Assembly (NCBI GenBank): GCA_026391075.1
Contig: JAPLES010000023.1
Location: 53,574-117,573 of the forward strand
DNA length: 64,000 nucleotides
Direction: 5' to 3'
Origin: Bacteroidota bacterium
GTDB taxonomy: Bacteria > Bacteroidota > Bacteroidia > Chitinophagales > LD1
Both the position numbers and the translations under genes were made by a program. This document shows, in pieces, positions 1 to 10,063 of this stretch. Positions within the stretch are counted from its first letter, which is position 1; every line of letters begins with the position of its first letter. The notes beneath the pieces are model-generated. The model ran no database searches and was not told the DNA's origin. It worked only from the letters and a program-made list of their open reading frames with translations.

Positions 1-1
1 G

Positions 2-163
2 ACCGATATGAGTGGCAAGGTTATTTACACGCACAACACTAAGCACAGCGACTACGGTTTGTTTAATGACGAAGCCGATATGAGTTCACTGGCAAGAGGA
101 GTTTATCTGATGAGTGTAACTGCAGGTGGTAAAATTTACAGCAAGCGGGTAGTAAAGAATTAA
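2..163 (+). CDS. 3' end of a T9SS type A sorting domain protein (partial)
   Basis: Manual translation TDMSGKVIYTH...DMSSLARGVYLMSVTAGGKIYSKRVVKN* has the GxY / K-x-x-K pattern of a T9SS C-terminal domain. Confidence 0.85.
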   Translation, partial: TDMSGKVIYTHNTKHSDYGLFNDEADMSSLARGVYLMSVTAGGKIYSKRVVKN

Positions 164-184
164 GCTTCTGAATTCAGAAAATCA

Positions 185-223
185 AAACAAGAACTGCAGT
201 AAAACCTACTGCAGTTTTTGTTT
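185..223. terminator. bidirectional intrinsic terminator
   Basis: AACTGCAGTA-aaacc-TACTGCAGTT stem with A/T-rich flanks between convergent genes. Confidence 0.75.
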
Positions 224-247
224 GCGCCACATAGGCTTTGAAATTGA

Positions 248-1474
248 TTAAGCGTTTAAATTTTTCTCATGTACTTTTATTAGACCATAATACCATACCA
301 CACCAACAATATAAAGCGCTACTGTAATGAAAATAATATTTGAGTAAGCCACATCTGCCTCGCGCAACACCGAAAATATTTTTGCACTTACAAACCAACA
401 ACCACTCCAAATACTTGCATTAATAGCTGACATCATTTCGCGATTGCGCTCGCCTACATAATTTAAAGTGAGTTCGCTTGTGAGTGGTCCTGCCATATTC
501 ATAAACGGTTGCCGTAAAGTAAAAGTGACCGCGGCAATAATAATTCCGTATCTGGTGTGGTTATACCATTCGGTAGTTGCCATTATGAAAAGGAAAACAA
601 TCGCCAGCGATTGCATTAATGTAATCGCAAACTGATAACCGAATCTTCTCTTTATTTCAGGAACTGCCAAAGCAGTAATGACCACCAAAGTGAAAGCAAT
701 AGAGTTCATGATGGAAAAAGCAGGAGCGTTCATACCATGCACATCGTGAAAAAAAAGATTGATAACAGGAATGGTAAAACCCGCACCCAACGCAATGAGA
801 AACGAAGGCACAACGGCTTGTAAAATAATAGACCAGTCATAATCAGAATGAATATTTGCAATTGGAATTCGCGTGCCAAGATTTTCCTGTGAAGGAAGTT
901 GCTGCACAAAATAAATTCCTAAGAAACCAAGCGATGAATAAAAAACAAGCAATACTTCTGTGGTAAAAAAACTACTGATGAAAGGCAGAAAGAAACCGAG
1001 CATTCCCACAAAAATAGTAGTGAAGTTTCCAGCACTGAAGAACAGCGCGATACTTTCTGTTTCGTGTTCTTTACTTCCATTGAGTAGAATGTAAGGCATC
1101 ACTAAAATTTGCAAGAGCGAAAAACTAATTCCCCAAAGCGACATGAGGATGCGAATGAGTTCTGTGTTGTGCGTATGGATTCCGAAAATTAAAAGCAGTG
1201 CAACTATCGGTGATGAAATTGCTCCCGCGAGCATAAAAGGTTTTAATCTTTTCCCCTTCACTAACAACGCCAACGGAACAGAACACAACAACACTGTTAA
1301 GTAACGGTTGCCAATCATACTGGCTATTTGAAAATCTTTGAAGCCGTGGTCGAGCATTAAGTAATTCAACAGCATGGTGAATGCCGAATTGATGAGTTGC
1401 AGAAATACATCTGCCAGCATCAGGTTAATGATGACACGGGGAATGGAGAAGTATTTTGAGAGTGCAGCTTTCAT
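248..1474 (-). CDS. MFS transporter
   Basis: About 12 hydrophobic segments in two halves. Start moved to MKAALSKY (1474) because the longer ORF reads through a repeat. Confidence 0.8.
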   Translation of the reverse strand: MKAALSKYFSIPRVIINLMLADVFLQLINSAFTMLLNYLMLDHGFKDFQIASMIGNRYLTVLLCSVPLALLVKGKRLKPFMLAGAISSPIVALLLIFGIHTHNTELIRILMSLWGISFSLLQILVMPYILLNGSKEHETESIALFFSAGNFTTIFVGMLGFFLPFISSFFTTEVLLVFYSSLGFLGIYFVQQLPSQENLGTRIPIANIHSDYDWSIILQAVVPSFLIALGAGFTIPVINLFFHDVHGMNAPAFSIMNSIAFTLVVITALAVPEIKRRFGYQFAITLMQSLAIVFLFIMATTEWYNHTRYGIIIAAVTFTLRQPFMNMAGPLTSELTLNYVGERNREMMSAINASIWSGCWFVSAKIFSVLREADVAYSNIIFITVALYIVGVVWYYGLIKVHEKNLNA

Positions 1475-1527
1475 ACCCCTAAATCCCCTTCCCGATGGGG
1501 CATGCGGGATGAAACAAAAGGGGACTT
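1475..1527. repeat. REP-like palindrome (CCCCTAAATCCCCT..AGGGGACTT) with a nested 27-nt hairpin element
   Basis: Outer stem TCCCCT/AGGGGA; inner TCCCG-atggggcatg-CGGGA-TGAAACA at 1490-1516. Confidence 0.7.
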
Positions 1528-1565
1528 TAATACAGAAATACATATGAGTTGGTTACTGCAACACA

Positions 1566-2483
1566 TCACACTGAAATTTTTGTTTCAATAAAAGAAAATA
1601 TTTCCTCGCGGTGTTCGGGTTGGAACCATTGAACGCCATCATCCTTTTTAAACCAAGTCATTTGTCGTTTGGCGTAGTTTCGTGTGTTTTGTTTGATGAG
1701 CGCAACAGCATTTTCGAAAGAAATTTTGTCTTCAATAAAATCAAACAATTCTGTATAGCCAACTGTTTCAAGCGCGTGTAGTTTCTTGTTGATGTAAAGT
1801 TCTTTTACTTCTTCCAACAAACCTTGCTTGAACATTTCATCAACGCGATTATTTATTCTTTCATTGAGAACTTCGCGTGGTAAACTCAAACCTATTTTGA
1901 TGATATTGAAAGGTCGTTCTGTTTTTTTGCCAATGCGTTGTTCGCTATATTTTTTTCCGGTGGTATAAATTATTTCAAGAGCGCGTTTCAGGCGGACAGG
2001 ATTTTTTTTGTCCACCTTTTCGAAATATTCAGGGTCGAGTCGTTCAACCTCTTGTTGTAACCAATCCAAGCTTTTCTCATTGAGAAATTTGCGGGTAACA
2101 TATAGTTGATTGTCATCTTCTCGTTCAAACTTATCGAATCCACTGCAAACTGCATTGATAAATAAACCTGAACCACCAACCATCACCGCAATGCTTTTCT
2201 CTTGGAAATATTTCTCCAAAAACTCCAATACTTCAAATTCATACTTGCCTGCGCTATAATGTTTGGTGTGAATAGAAATATTGTTGACGAAGTGGTGTGG
2301 CACTTCCGATAACTGTTCTTCAGTTGGTTTTGCAGTGCCAATGTTCATCTCCTTGTAAAACTGACGCGAGTCAGCAGAGATAACTTCAGCACTGTATTGC
2401 TTGGCAATTTCTACGGCCAAAGAAGTTTTACCAATGGCAGTTGGTCCGCAGACAACAATTAGAGATTTAAGATTAGAATTCAT
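1566..2483 (-). CDS. miaA: tRNA dimethylallyltransferase
   Basis: GPTAIGKT P-loop, SADSRQFY, GTAKP, VGGSGLF, TRNYAKRQMTWF. Confidence 0.97.
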   Translation of the reverse strand: MNSNLKSLIVVCGPTAIGKTSLAVEIAKQYSAEVISADSRQFYKEMNIGTAKPTEEQLSEVPHHFVNNISIHTKHYSAGKYEFEVLEFLEKYFQEKSIAVMVGGSGLFINAVCSGFDKFEREDDNQLYVTRKFLNEKSLDWLQQEVERLDPEYFEKVDKKNPVRLKRALEIIYTTGKKYSEQRIGKKTERPFNIIKIGLSLPREVLNERINNRVDEMFKQGLLEEVKELYINKKLHALETVGYTELFDFIEDKISFENAVALIKQNTRNYAKRQMTWFKKDDGVQWFQPEHREEIFSFIETKISV

Positions 2484-2485
2484 TG

Positions 2486-3898
2486 TCAAACTCTTTTCAG
2501 TCCTAATTTTTCTCCTAATTCCAACATCATCTTACACGCTTCTTCGTAATCATTTCTGATTTTCCCTTCGAGAATTGCTTCCTTGATTTCTTCTTTTATC
2601 ACGCCAATTTCGCGCGATGGACCAATGCCGAATGTTTCCATAATCAACTCACCCGTAACAGGTGGTTGAAAATTTCTCACTTGGTCCTTCTCTTCAACCT
2701 CTTTCAATTTTTCGCGCACCACTTCAAACCTTGTGAGATATCGTTTCACTTTCTCACGATTCTTCGAAGTAATATCTGCCTCGCATAGTGAAAGCAGATT
2801 TTCAATATCGTCACCTGCTTCAAACAATAATCTTCGCAAAGCAGAATCGGTAATTTCTTCTTTAGTCAATGCAATGGGACGCAAATGCAGGTAAACCATT
2901 TTGCGAACAAATTTCATTTCGTTGCCCATAGGTAATTTCATGCGACCAAAAATTTTCGGCACCCATTTACTACCAAGAACTTCATGTCCGTGAAAAGTCC
3001 ATCCAGTTCCTTCTACAAATTTTTTTGTCGGTGGCTTGGCAATATCATGCAACACTGCCGCCCAGCGCAGCCATAAATCATTGGTGGATTTAGTGATGTT
3101 GTCTAACACTTGTAGTGTGTGATAGAAATTATCCTTATGTCCTTTGCCCTCGTAATTTTCAACTCCTTTCAACTTCTGAAATTCAGGAAAAATAATTTCG
3201 AGCAAACCACATTCTTCCAAGAGTATAAATCCAATGCTCGGAGTTTTAGCCAGAATAATTTTGTTCAGTTCCTCGGTAATGCGTTCCTGTGAAATAATTT
3301 TGATGCGCTCTTTGTTTCGCTTAATCGCATCAAATGTTTCGGGAAGAATTTTAAAATCCAATTGCGTGGCAAAGCGGATGGCGCGCATCATGCGCAACGG
3401 GTCATCGCTAAAAGTAATATCAGGGTCGAGCGGGGTGCGAATCAATTTCTCTTCCAAATCTTTTACTCCATTAAATGGGTCAAGCAATTCGCCAAAAGAA
3501 TTTTTGTTGAGCGAAATCGCCATCGCGTTAATCGTAAAGTCTCTGCGATTCTGGTCGTCTTCAAGCGTTCCATCTTCCACAACTGGTTTACGAGAATTTC
3601 TATCGTAGCTTTCTTTTCTCGCACCTACAAATTCAAAATCAAAATCGTTCCAACGAAATTGTGCGGTGCCGAAATTTTTAAAATAGCTTACGTGTGGTTT
3701 ATCTGAAATTTTTTCTGTGGCTTTTTGCGCGAGTTCAATGCCACTACCTACACAAACAAAATCAATGTCCTTACAGTTTCTGCCGAGCAATTGGTCGCGC
3801 ACGAAGCCGCCAACTACATAGGTTTCGAAATTTAATTCGCTGGCAGCTTCAGAAATTATTTTAAAAATTGGATGAGATAAATCGAATTGTTTGTTCAC
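2486..3898 (-). CDS. cca: CCA tRNA nucleotidyltransferase with HD domain
   Basis: VGGFVRD, DIDFV, RRDFTINA, DDPLRMMRA, LHDIAKP; GTG start. Confidence 0.9.
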   Translation of the reverse strand: MNKQFDLSHPIFKIISEAASELNFETYVVGGFVRDQLLGRNCKDIDFVCVGSGIELAQKATEKISDKPHVSYFKNFGTAQFRWNDFDFEFVGARKESYDRNSRKPVVEDGTLEDDQNRRDFTINAMAISLNKNSFGELLDPFNGVKDLEEKLIRTPLDPDITFSDDPLRMMRAIRFATQLDFKILPETFDAIKRNKERIKIISQERITEELNKIILAKTPSIGFILLEECGLLEIIFPEFQKLKGVENYEGKGHKDNFYHTLQVLDNITKSTNDLWLRWAAVLHDIAKPPTKKFVEGTGWTFHGHEVLGSKWVPKIFGRMKLPMGNEMKFVRKMVYLHLRPIALTKEEITDSALRRLLFEAGDDIENLLSLCEADITSKNREKVKRYLTRFEVVREKLKEVEEKDQVRNFQPPVTGELIMETFGIGPSREIGVIKEEIKEAILEGKIRNDYEEACKMMLELGEKLGLKRV

Positions 3899-3944
3899 GT
3901 GCCAAACCTACTCCAAAAACAAAAAAGACAAAATAGGATTTTGA

Positions 3945-5219
3945 TTATCGAAAAATAATCATGGCAGGTTTTCGAGCATCAGCAGGTCGCATACTTTGCA
4001 AATGTTGGCCAGAAACAAAATTAAGCGCAGGAGTTACACGAAGTTTTGACTGCAACGAAGTTTTAATTTTTTGCTCTGCCGTATCTAAACTTCCTGCAAG
4101 CGCAATATGAATTTGTATTTCGTCTGTTCCTAAATCGTTCTTTGTTATCTCAACCATGTAATCTTTCACTTCGGCAACAGCACTCAACGCATCATAAATA
4201 GACGGAGGAAAAATAGTCGTGCCTTTGTATTTTATCATTTGGTTCTTTCTGCCGACTACGGGAGAAAGGCGAATAGTATTTCTTCCACAAGCGCAAGGCT
4301 CATCGTAATAACAACAGATATCGCCTGTTCGGTAACGCAACATAGGCATTCCTTCAATGGATAAACTCGTGATAGTTACTTCGCCAAATTCTCCGGCTTG
4401 TAATTGTTTTCCTTCATCATCCAGAATTTCAACAATCAGCAATTCAGGATTATGATGTCCGCCTTTACCTTGCTCGCATTCTGTAAATGCAGTTTGCATT
4501 TCGGTTGATGCGTAAGTAGAAAACAATTTCAGACTCCATTTCTCCTGAATTCTTTTTGCCATTGTATTCGGAGATAAATCAGCGTTGCGAACTGGTTCAC
4601 CAATACAAATGGCGCGTTCAATTCCTAATTTGTTTACATCAATGTTGTTTGCTTCCGCATAATCAATCAACTTTAAAATGAAACTTGGAACAGCAACAAT
4701 TGCATTTGGTTTGAAGCGATGAATGTTTTCCCATTGCATTTGCGGAGAGATGGGACCAACACGAACAGCCGCTGCACCTAATTTTCTTATACCGAGATAG
4801 TATGCCATGCCTGCCATAAATTGTCGGTCGAGCGTGAGCATGAGTTGATACACATCTGTTGACTTTCCATTAGCGCAGATGAAAGATTGCTCTTCGTTGT
4901 AAGCCAAACGTTGTAAATCATTTTCAGTTAAAGCAATAGTTACAGGAGAACCTGAAGTGCCAGAAGTGGTGGAATAATCAATGATTCTATTTTTCGGCAC
5001 GCAGAGAAAATCAAAATTGTAATTGCTGAAATCTTCTTTGGTGGTAGTTGGAATTTGAACTAAATTTTCAAGTGAGTTTATCGTTTCAATTTCAATTTCG
5101 TGCTTAGCAAAAAGTTTTTTGTAGTAAGGAGAATTCTCTTTGAGGTAAACTAGCTGCTCTTTCAGTTTGTATTCCTGAAAAGATTTTATTGCGGAAAGAG
5201 ATTGTGTTTGAATGTTCAT
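3945..5219 (-). CDS. phenylacetate-CoA ligase family (AMP-binding) protein
   Basis: TTSGTSGSP, YASTE and RYRTGD adenylation motifs. Confidence 0.88.
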   Translation of the reverse strand: MNIQTQSLSAIKSFQEYKLKEQLVYLKENSPYYKKLFAKHEIEIETINSLENLVQIPTTTKEDFSNYNFDFLCVPKNRIIDYSTTSGTSGSPVTIALTENDLQRLAYNEEQSFICANGKSTDVYQLMLTLDRQFMAGMAYYLGIRKLGAAAVRVGPISPQMQWENIHRFKPNAIVAVPSFILKLIDYAEANNIDVNKLGIERAICIGEPVRNADLSPNTMAKRIQEKWSLKLFSTYASTEMQTAFTECEQGKGGHHNPELLIVEILDDEGKQLQAGEFGEVTITSLSIEGMPMLRYRTGDICCYYDEPCACGRNTIRLSPVVGRKNQMIKYKGTTIFPPSIYDALSAVAEVKDYMVEITKNDLGTDEIQIHIALAGSLDTAEQKIKTSLQSKLRVTPALNFVSGQHLQSMRPADARKPAMIIFR

Positions 5220-5587
5220 TTACTTTCAATTATTACAAAGGCAACTGCCGTTTCTTTAATGTGCGAAAGCGAAATATGAATTTGCCATCCTCCTTTTTGT
5301 TCAAATACCTTAAGTGTTTCTCCACTTAGTTCAATGAATGGTTTGCCGAGTTCATCATTCAGAATTTCAACTTCATTGATATTCATTTTGTCTCTCCACC
5401 CTGTGCCCAGTGCCTTGAAGAAAGCTTCTTTACCAGCAGCACGTGCCGCGAAACTCTGACACGATTTATCGCGTTCGCAATATTCAATTTCACGTTTTGA
5501 AAATACCTTTTCTTTCAACGCATCTTTCTCAATTGCTTTGCGCACACGCTCAACTTCTATTATGTCCGTGCCCGTTCCCAATATCAT
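5216..5587 (-). CDS. acpS: holo-ACP synthase (4'-phosphopantetheinyl transferase)
   Basis: GTGTDIIE, FAARAAGKEAFFKALGTG, GKP, ISLSH. Confidence 0.93.
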   Translation of the reverse strand: MILGTGTDIIEVERVRKAIEKDALKEKVFSKREIEYCERDKSCQSFAARAAGKEAFFKALGTGWRDKMNINEVEILNDELGKPFIELSGETLKVFEQKGGWQIHISLSHIKETAVAFVIIESK

Positions 5588-7260
5588 TGCACCGCTTTTA
5601 TTTCTTCCCGCATTTTATCGGCTTCGTGTGTATCGTTAATTTCTTTCGTCAGCGCTAAATCAAAATATTTTTTGGCTGAAGCCTTATCGCTTTTTGCTTT
5701 GTAATACTCGCCCAAGTAAAAATACGTTTCCCAAAATTCAGGATTGAATTGAATGAAGTTGTTTGCTGTATTCTTTTCGTTGTTCAATTCCTTCTTGTCG
5801 TTCGTAGCGTGTTTTATTTCCTGTTTCAGTTCGCGCCATTGCAAAAAGTTTTCCCAATCGGCAGACAACAAAAATGAATCGGCAGGAATGGCTAAGGCAG
5901 TTTCATTTAATTCTCGATTCTCTTTCATTGAAGGCGCTTCAATAAATATTTTTTTCAAATCGTAACAAACAAATTCTCCTTCCTGATAAGGATTCGCACT
6001 TACCCAAAACCGTAACTTCTCAGGTTGAAAAATAATAGCATGATGTGAAATCAATTGATTCAATGCTTTCTCATTTCCTATTCCAATGTTTTTGTCCTGC
6101 TGTCCTCGTTGGTCGCGAAGAATTGAAGCCACATTTTTATAATCGAGTTTGGCACTACGATTCATCAATTCTTCCAAACGATGGAAGCGATACATCGAAG
6201 CACTGGTCGCGATGTTCTCGATGTTGTTTTTATCGTTTTTGAAACTGTCGCTTTGATAATGATTAGCGCATAAAATAAAATCAGTATCGCTGTTGAACAG
6301 AATAGTTTTAGTGATGCTCTTTTCAATCAACGAAGTTTTATGGTCGGGTGCAGAACCAATCATCAGCGTTTCGCAGACAAAAGTTTTTCTCCTTTTAGCA
6401 ATGGAATATGCTTCGTCAATATTGTTGGCGTATTGCAAAATCTCTCTTGCCAAAATTGAAATAGGGGTAGTTGCACCATTCGGAATATCACTCTTGGCAG
6501 CATTGATGGTAATCGTAATTCCCTTTTCATTCATGCCCGAAACACAACCCATAAAACCCGCCCAGGTAATCATGACGAACTTGTTCCCTTGTTTCGGATT
6601 GCAGAAGTAAACGATTTTGTTTTCGGAAAATTTATCGCCCAAATAAAAATCAAGATTGCGACCGATAATCATAGAGGAATCGGCACTTCGCTCATTCCAT
6701 GCGGCAAAGGAAGTGCAACCAACCAATGCCAAACTTTGCAAGGCATGACCAATGTCGTGCGCGGCATGATAATTCAACATTCTATCGTAAGCAGGGTTGA
6801 TAAAATCAAACTCGTGCGGAGCCGAAAATGATTCTCCGTAAATCTCCAGCTTATTTTCTTCAGGAAAATTTTCATCTAAATGGCGATTGAACACACGAGT
6901 AAACCAACCAAGATATTTTAAGTAAGAATTGTTGGGAACAAGATTATGGATTTGGTCAACGAAGGCGACCTCTTGTGAATACAACAATTCCTTTTCAAGT
7001 TTACCTCTAATTACTCCGCGCTCAAAAGGTTCGCCTTCTATATACTCTTCCCACAAACCGCTTTCGTTTTTGCGCAACCAGTTATTGCCAATGCGGTAAA
7101 AGTTTTCTCCAACTTTCTCGCGCTGTAAATTCAAACTTGATTTATCTTTTACTTCGGGAATATGCGGAGCTAAGCCATATTGAATATAGAGATACCCCAC
7201 CAGCAAAAGCAGAAGAAGAAAACCAAAAGTGTAAGCGAGAAATTTTAAAACTCTTTTCAT
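5584..7260 (-). CDS. C45 family autoproteolytic acyltransferase/hydrolase with C-terminal TPR
   Basis: G-CTSF nucleophile site, GRNLDF, SGMNEKG, N-terminal TM. Start moved to MKRVLK (7260) because the extension is repeat DNA. Confidence 0.85.
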   Translation of the reverse strand: MKRVLKFLAYTFGFLLLLLLVGYLYIQYGLAPHIPEVKDKSSLNLQREKVGENFYRIGNNWLRKNESGLWEEYIEGEPFERGVIRGKLEKELLYSQEVAFVDQIHNLVPNNSYLKYLGWFTRVFNRHLDENFPEENKLEIYGESFSAPHEFDFINPAYDRMLNYHAAHDIGHALQSLALVGCTSFAAWNERSADSSMIIGRNLDFYLGDKFSENKIVYFCNPKQGNKFVMITWAGFMGCVSGMNEKGITITINAAKSDIPNGATTPISILAREILQYANNIDEAYSIAKRRKTFVCETLMIGSAPDHKTSLIEKSITKTILFNSDTDFILCANHYQSDSFKNDKNNIENIATSASMYRFHRLEELMNRSAKLDYKNVASILRDQRGQQDKNIGIGNEKALNQLISHHAIIFQPEKLRFWVSANPYQEGEFVCYDLKKIFIEAPSMKENRELNETALAIPADSFLLSADWENFLQWRELKQEIKHATNDKKELNNEKNTANNFIQFNPEFWETYFYLGEYYKAKSDKASAKKYFDLALTKEINDTHEADKMREEIKAVQ

Positions 7261-7272
7261 TTCAATAAGGTT

Positions 7273-7330
7273 AACACAAAGGCGCGAAGGCGCAAAGAAA
7301 TTCAACTTCGTGTCTTTGCGTCTTTGTGTT
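7273..7330. repeat. inverted array of 8-nt repeats
   Basis: ACACAAAG-GCGCGAAG-GCGCAAAG ... CTTCGTGT-CTTTGCGT-CTTTGTGT forms a long imperfect hairpin. Confidence 0.7.
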
Positions 7331-7332
7331 TA

Positions 7333-8856
7333 TCAATTTTTGTTCGCTCCTAAAATTTTATTCAACAAATATTCCTTCCCAATAACTGCCCCGCAAGTTA
7401 CCAAAGCACTTTCGGTAACGCCCAACACACCATGCAAATTTATATTCTGCCCGGTCAAAAACAGATTAGGCACTTTTGTTTTCACCGAAATCATCGTCTT
7501 CATCGGATCGTTAAAGTCTTTCACAATGCCATACATATTGCCGTCAACAGTTCCCATATAATCTCTGTATGAAAGAGGCGAAGAAGTATAATAGGATTGA
7601 ATGCAGTCGCGAATATTCGGAAACTTAACAGCGATTGTGTCCAGCAGTTTTTCTGCCTTCTGCTTTTTAAATTCCTGATACTCTTCGTTGCGGTTGCTCT
7701 CTTCAAGTGTAGTATTGAAACTGTCTTTCCATTTTTCAACTTCATCAAATCGCATGTAAGTCATCACCGTAATGGCTTCAGTAAATTCATTTTGCTTTTC
7801 AGGAACTTCTTCAAAGAGAGCATACATGCTCGGAAAGTTGTCGGGTTTGTAATCAACACAAGTCCAAACATTTTCTTCGTTGAAATAATAGTAATTGCGA
7901 TTGCGAAAAGGGAAAATGCTCGGCTTCAAAATCAAATACAAAACAAAAGTGGAAATAGAATTCTCCAATGAACTAATGCGATTGCGATAAGCCGGACGGA
8001 TTGCATCCGTCTCTGTCATCGCAAGAGTTTTGGCGGGATGGATATTCGAAATGAAAACTTCCGCTTCAATCTTTTCCCCTGTGCTTAGTGTTACAGATTT
8101 TGCATTTCCATTTTCTACATCAATGCTTTTCACGTCATGCTTACGCAAAACTTCCCCGCCATTTTCTTTGATGATGCGCGCCATCAGTTTCACAATTTGG
8201 TCGCCACCGTTTTTTATTTTATAGGCACTTTCGATATAGCTGTTTACCACCAGTGCATGAACATATAAAGGTGTTTTTTCTGTTCCGGCATACAACAGAT
8301 TTGTTCCCGCCAAAACATTTTGCAGTTTTTTATTTGGTGTTAGTTGTTCGAAATAATCTTTTGCGCTTGTCGAAAGCATCTCCATGTTTTCTATCTCTCC
8401 TTCGCGTAAATTATAGAGCGGAACACTATCGCAAATGCGTTTCATATCACTGCAATATTTTTCAATTACTTCTTCTTCATCCGAAAATTTTGAAAGTAGT
8501 ATACGTTTAAAATTTTCGTAGCCCATGCCATAAGGATATTCCTCGATGTCATCTTTAAACATTACTACATCAAAACCTTCTTCATCCATACGCGCGGTTT
8601 CTAATCGTTGCATGATGCCGAGGTAATTGAAAATTTTATAGAGCGAATTCTCTTTGGATAAACCACCGATGTAATGCACACCGGTATCGAAGGTTACTCC
8701 TTCGCGTTTGAATGTTTGCAGGCTTCCGCCTATCTGTTCATTCTTCTCAATAATGCAAACACGGTTGCCTTCTTTGCTTAGAATAGTGCCGCACACCATT
8801 CCGCCCAAACCACTGCCGATGATGACAACATCAAAATGTTTTTTGCTGATTTCCAT
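7333..8856 (-). CDS. NAD(P)/FAD-dependent oxidoreductase (phytoene desaturase/retinol saturase family)
   Basis: IIGSGLGG Rossmann fold, GGSLQTF, FDTGVHYIG, NLFLTGQN-HGVLG. Confidence 0.88.
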   Translation of the reverse strand: MEISKKHFDVVIIGSGLGGMVCGTILSKEGNRVCIIEKNEQIGGSLQTFKREGVTFDTGVHYIGGLSKENSLYKIFNYLGIMQRLETARMDEEGFDVVMFKDDIEEYPYGMGYENFKRILLSKFSDEEEVIEKYCSDMKRICDSVPLYNLREGEIENMEMLSTSAKDYFEQLTPNKKLQNVLAGTNLLYAGTEKTPLYVHALVVNSYIESAYKIKNGGDQIVKLMARIIKENGGEVLRKHDVKSIDVENGNAKSVTLSTGEKIEAEVFISNIHPAKTLAMTETDAIRPAYRNRISSLENSISTFVLYLILKPSIFPFRNRNYYYFNEENVWTCVDYKPDNFPSMYALFEEVPEKQNEFTEAITVMTYMRFDEVEKWKDSFNTTLEESNRNEEYQEFKKQKAEKLLDTIAVKFPNIRDCIQSYYTSSPLSYRDYMGTVDGNMYGIVKDFNDPMKTMISVKTKVPNLFLTGQNINLHGVLGVTESALVTCGAVIGKEYLLNKILGANKN

Positions 8857-8886
8857 TAGATGGAAGGATGAGAAAAGCCGGTTAGT

Positions 8887-9510
8887 TTACTGTTTTAACG
8901 TAGCCATGTATTGAACCACTGCATTCAAATCTGCCTCGGTCAACACATCTTCTTTAAAGCCCGGCATGGCATTTTTACCTGAGCGTATGAGAAGTTTCTT
9001 TTCCTCATCGGTCAGTTTTGTGAGCGACAAATCTTTTGCTCCGCTAACTCCGCCATTGCCTATTTGACCGTGGCACTGTGCGCACTTGTTTGCGTAAATT
9101 AATTTGCCCGCAATAATCGGGTCTTCAATTGCAGATGTATCTACTTTGGCTCCAGTCTTGGCCTTCTTATTCATTTCGGCTAAGCCGTAACTCATTACAA
9201 TCAGGAACACCGCGACAAAAGCAAGAATTTTATTTCCCTTCTTGAAACCGATAATTGCCAATGGGATTGAAGCGAGAACGCAAATAATTTTTACCGTTAA
9301 CAAAGTAGAAAGAGCCGCTCCGCTAACTAACATTCCAATTCCTGTAGCCAGAAATCCGAAACTCAAAATCATTTCAGGAACCTTAGTAATTTTTGAATAC
9401 TTAGCTAATTGTTCGTTGCGGTTCAAAAGCAGAAGAATCAATTTGGCAACATAATGGAGTAAGAATAGAAGAACAAAAAGTTTGTGGCTGTGAAGTAGAC
9501 CTGTATACAT
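8887..9510 (-). CDS. SirB2-like membrane domain fused to cytochrome c
   Basis: Four TM helices with N-terminal His residues, then CAQCH and a distal Met (GKNAMPGF). Confidence 0.75.
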   Translation of the reverse strand: MYTGLLHSHKLFVLLFLLHYVAKLILLLLNRNEQLAKYSKITKVPEMILSFGFLATGIGMLVSGAALSTLLTVKIICVLASIPLAIIGFKKGNKILAFVAVFLIVMSYGLAEMNKKAKTGAKVDTSAIEDPIIAGKLIYANKCAQCHGQIGNGGVSGAKDLSLTKLTDEEKKLLIRSGKNAMPGFKEDVLTEADLNAVVQYMATLKQ

Positions 9511-9554
9511 AGTTTATTTTTTGTGCAGCGAATATAGAGGGAAAAGCGAAGCGA

Positions 9555-9962
9555 TTACAAATACTCAATCTTCACTTGGAGATCGGCAAATTTTTTAATC
9601 ATGGCGCTGACTCCGCAATATTTTTCCTGCGAAAGGTTGACGGCTTTCTCCATTTTGCTTTTGTCTTCCTCTTTTAGTTTGATGAAATAAGTAAGGTGAA
9701 TGGTGTGATAAGTTTTCGGATGCTCTTTGGTCAGTTCGCCTTCTACATCAATTTTAAAATCAGAAAACTCAACGCGCATTTTGCGCAGCAGGTCAACTAC
9801 ATCAATAGCCGTGCAGCCCGCAAGTGATGAAAGAATCAATGCTTTTGGTCTTACACCTGTCGAGATACTTTCCTCGGCTCCATCAATACGGATTGCCTTT
9901 CCGTTTTGATGCGCATCGAATTTTTCTTCGCCAAGATGTGTCAATGAAATTTTGTGGCTCAT
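9555..9962 (-). CDS. OsmC family protein
   Basis: LAGCTAIDV...KYCGVS cysteine pair. Start set at MSHKISL because the upstream extension is a REP. Confidence 0.9.
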   Translation of the reverse strand: MSHKISLTHLGEEKFDAHQNGKAIRIDGAEESISTGVRPKALILSSLAGCTAIDVVDLLRKMRVEFSDFKIDVEGELTKEHPKTYHTIHLTYFIKLKEEDKSKMEKAVNLSQEKYCGVSAMIKKFADLQVKIEYL

Positions 9963-9987
9963 GGAATTATTTTTTGATTGAAGAGAG

Positions 9988-10050
9988 ATGTCACGCAGAG
10001 CTTGTCGAAGCGTAAAAGCCAAGAATCCTTCGACAGGCTCAGGATGACAT
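9988..10050. repeat. REP-like element, copy 1 (GTCACGCTGAGCTTGTCGAAG..CTTCGACAAGCTCAGGATGAC type)
   Basis: 63-nt imperfect palindrome, nearly identical to 40812-40874. Confidence 0.85.
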
Positions 10051-10063
10051 TTCCTTTTGGGTT

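Noticed and set aside
1490-1516. GATGAAAC core as a hammerhead ribozyme
   Set aside because: The CUGAUGA core and three-stem junction are missing in all four copies
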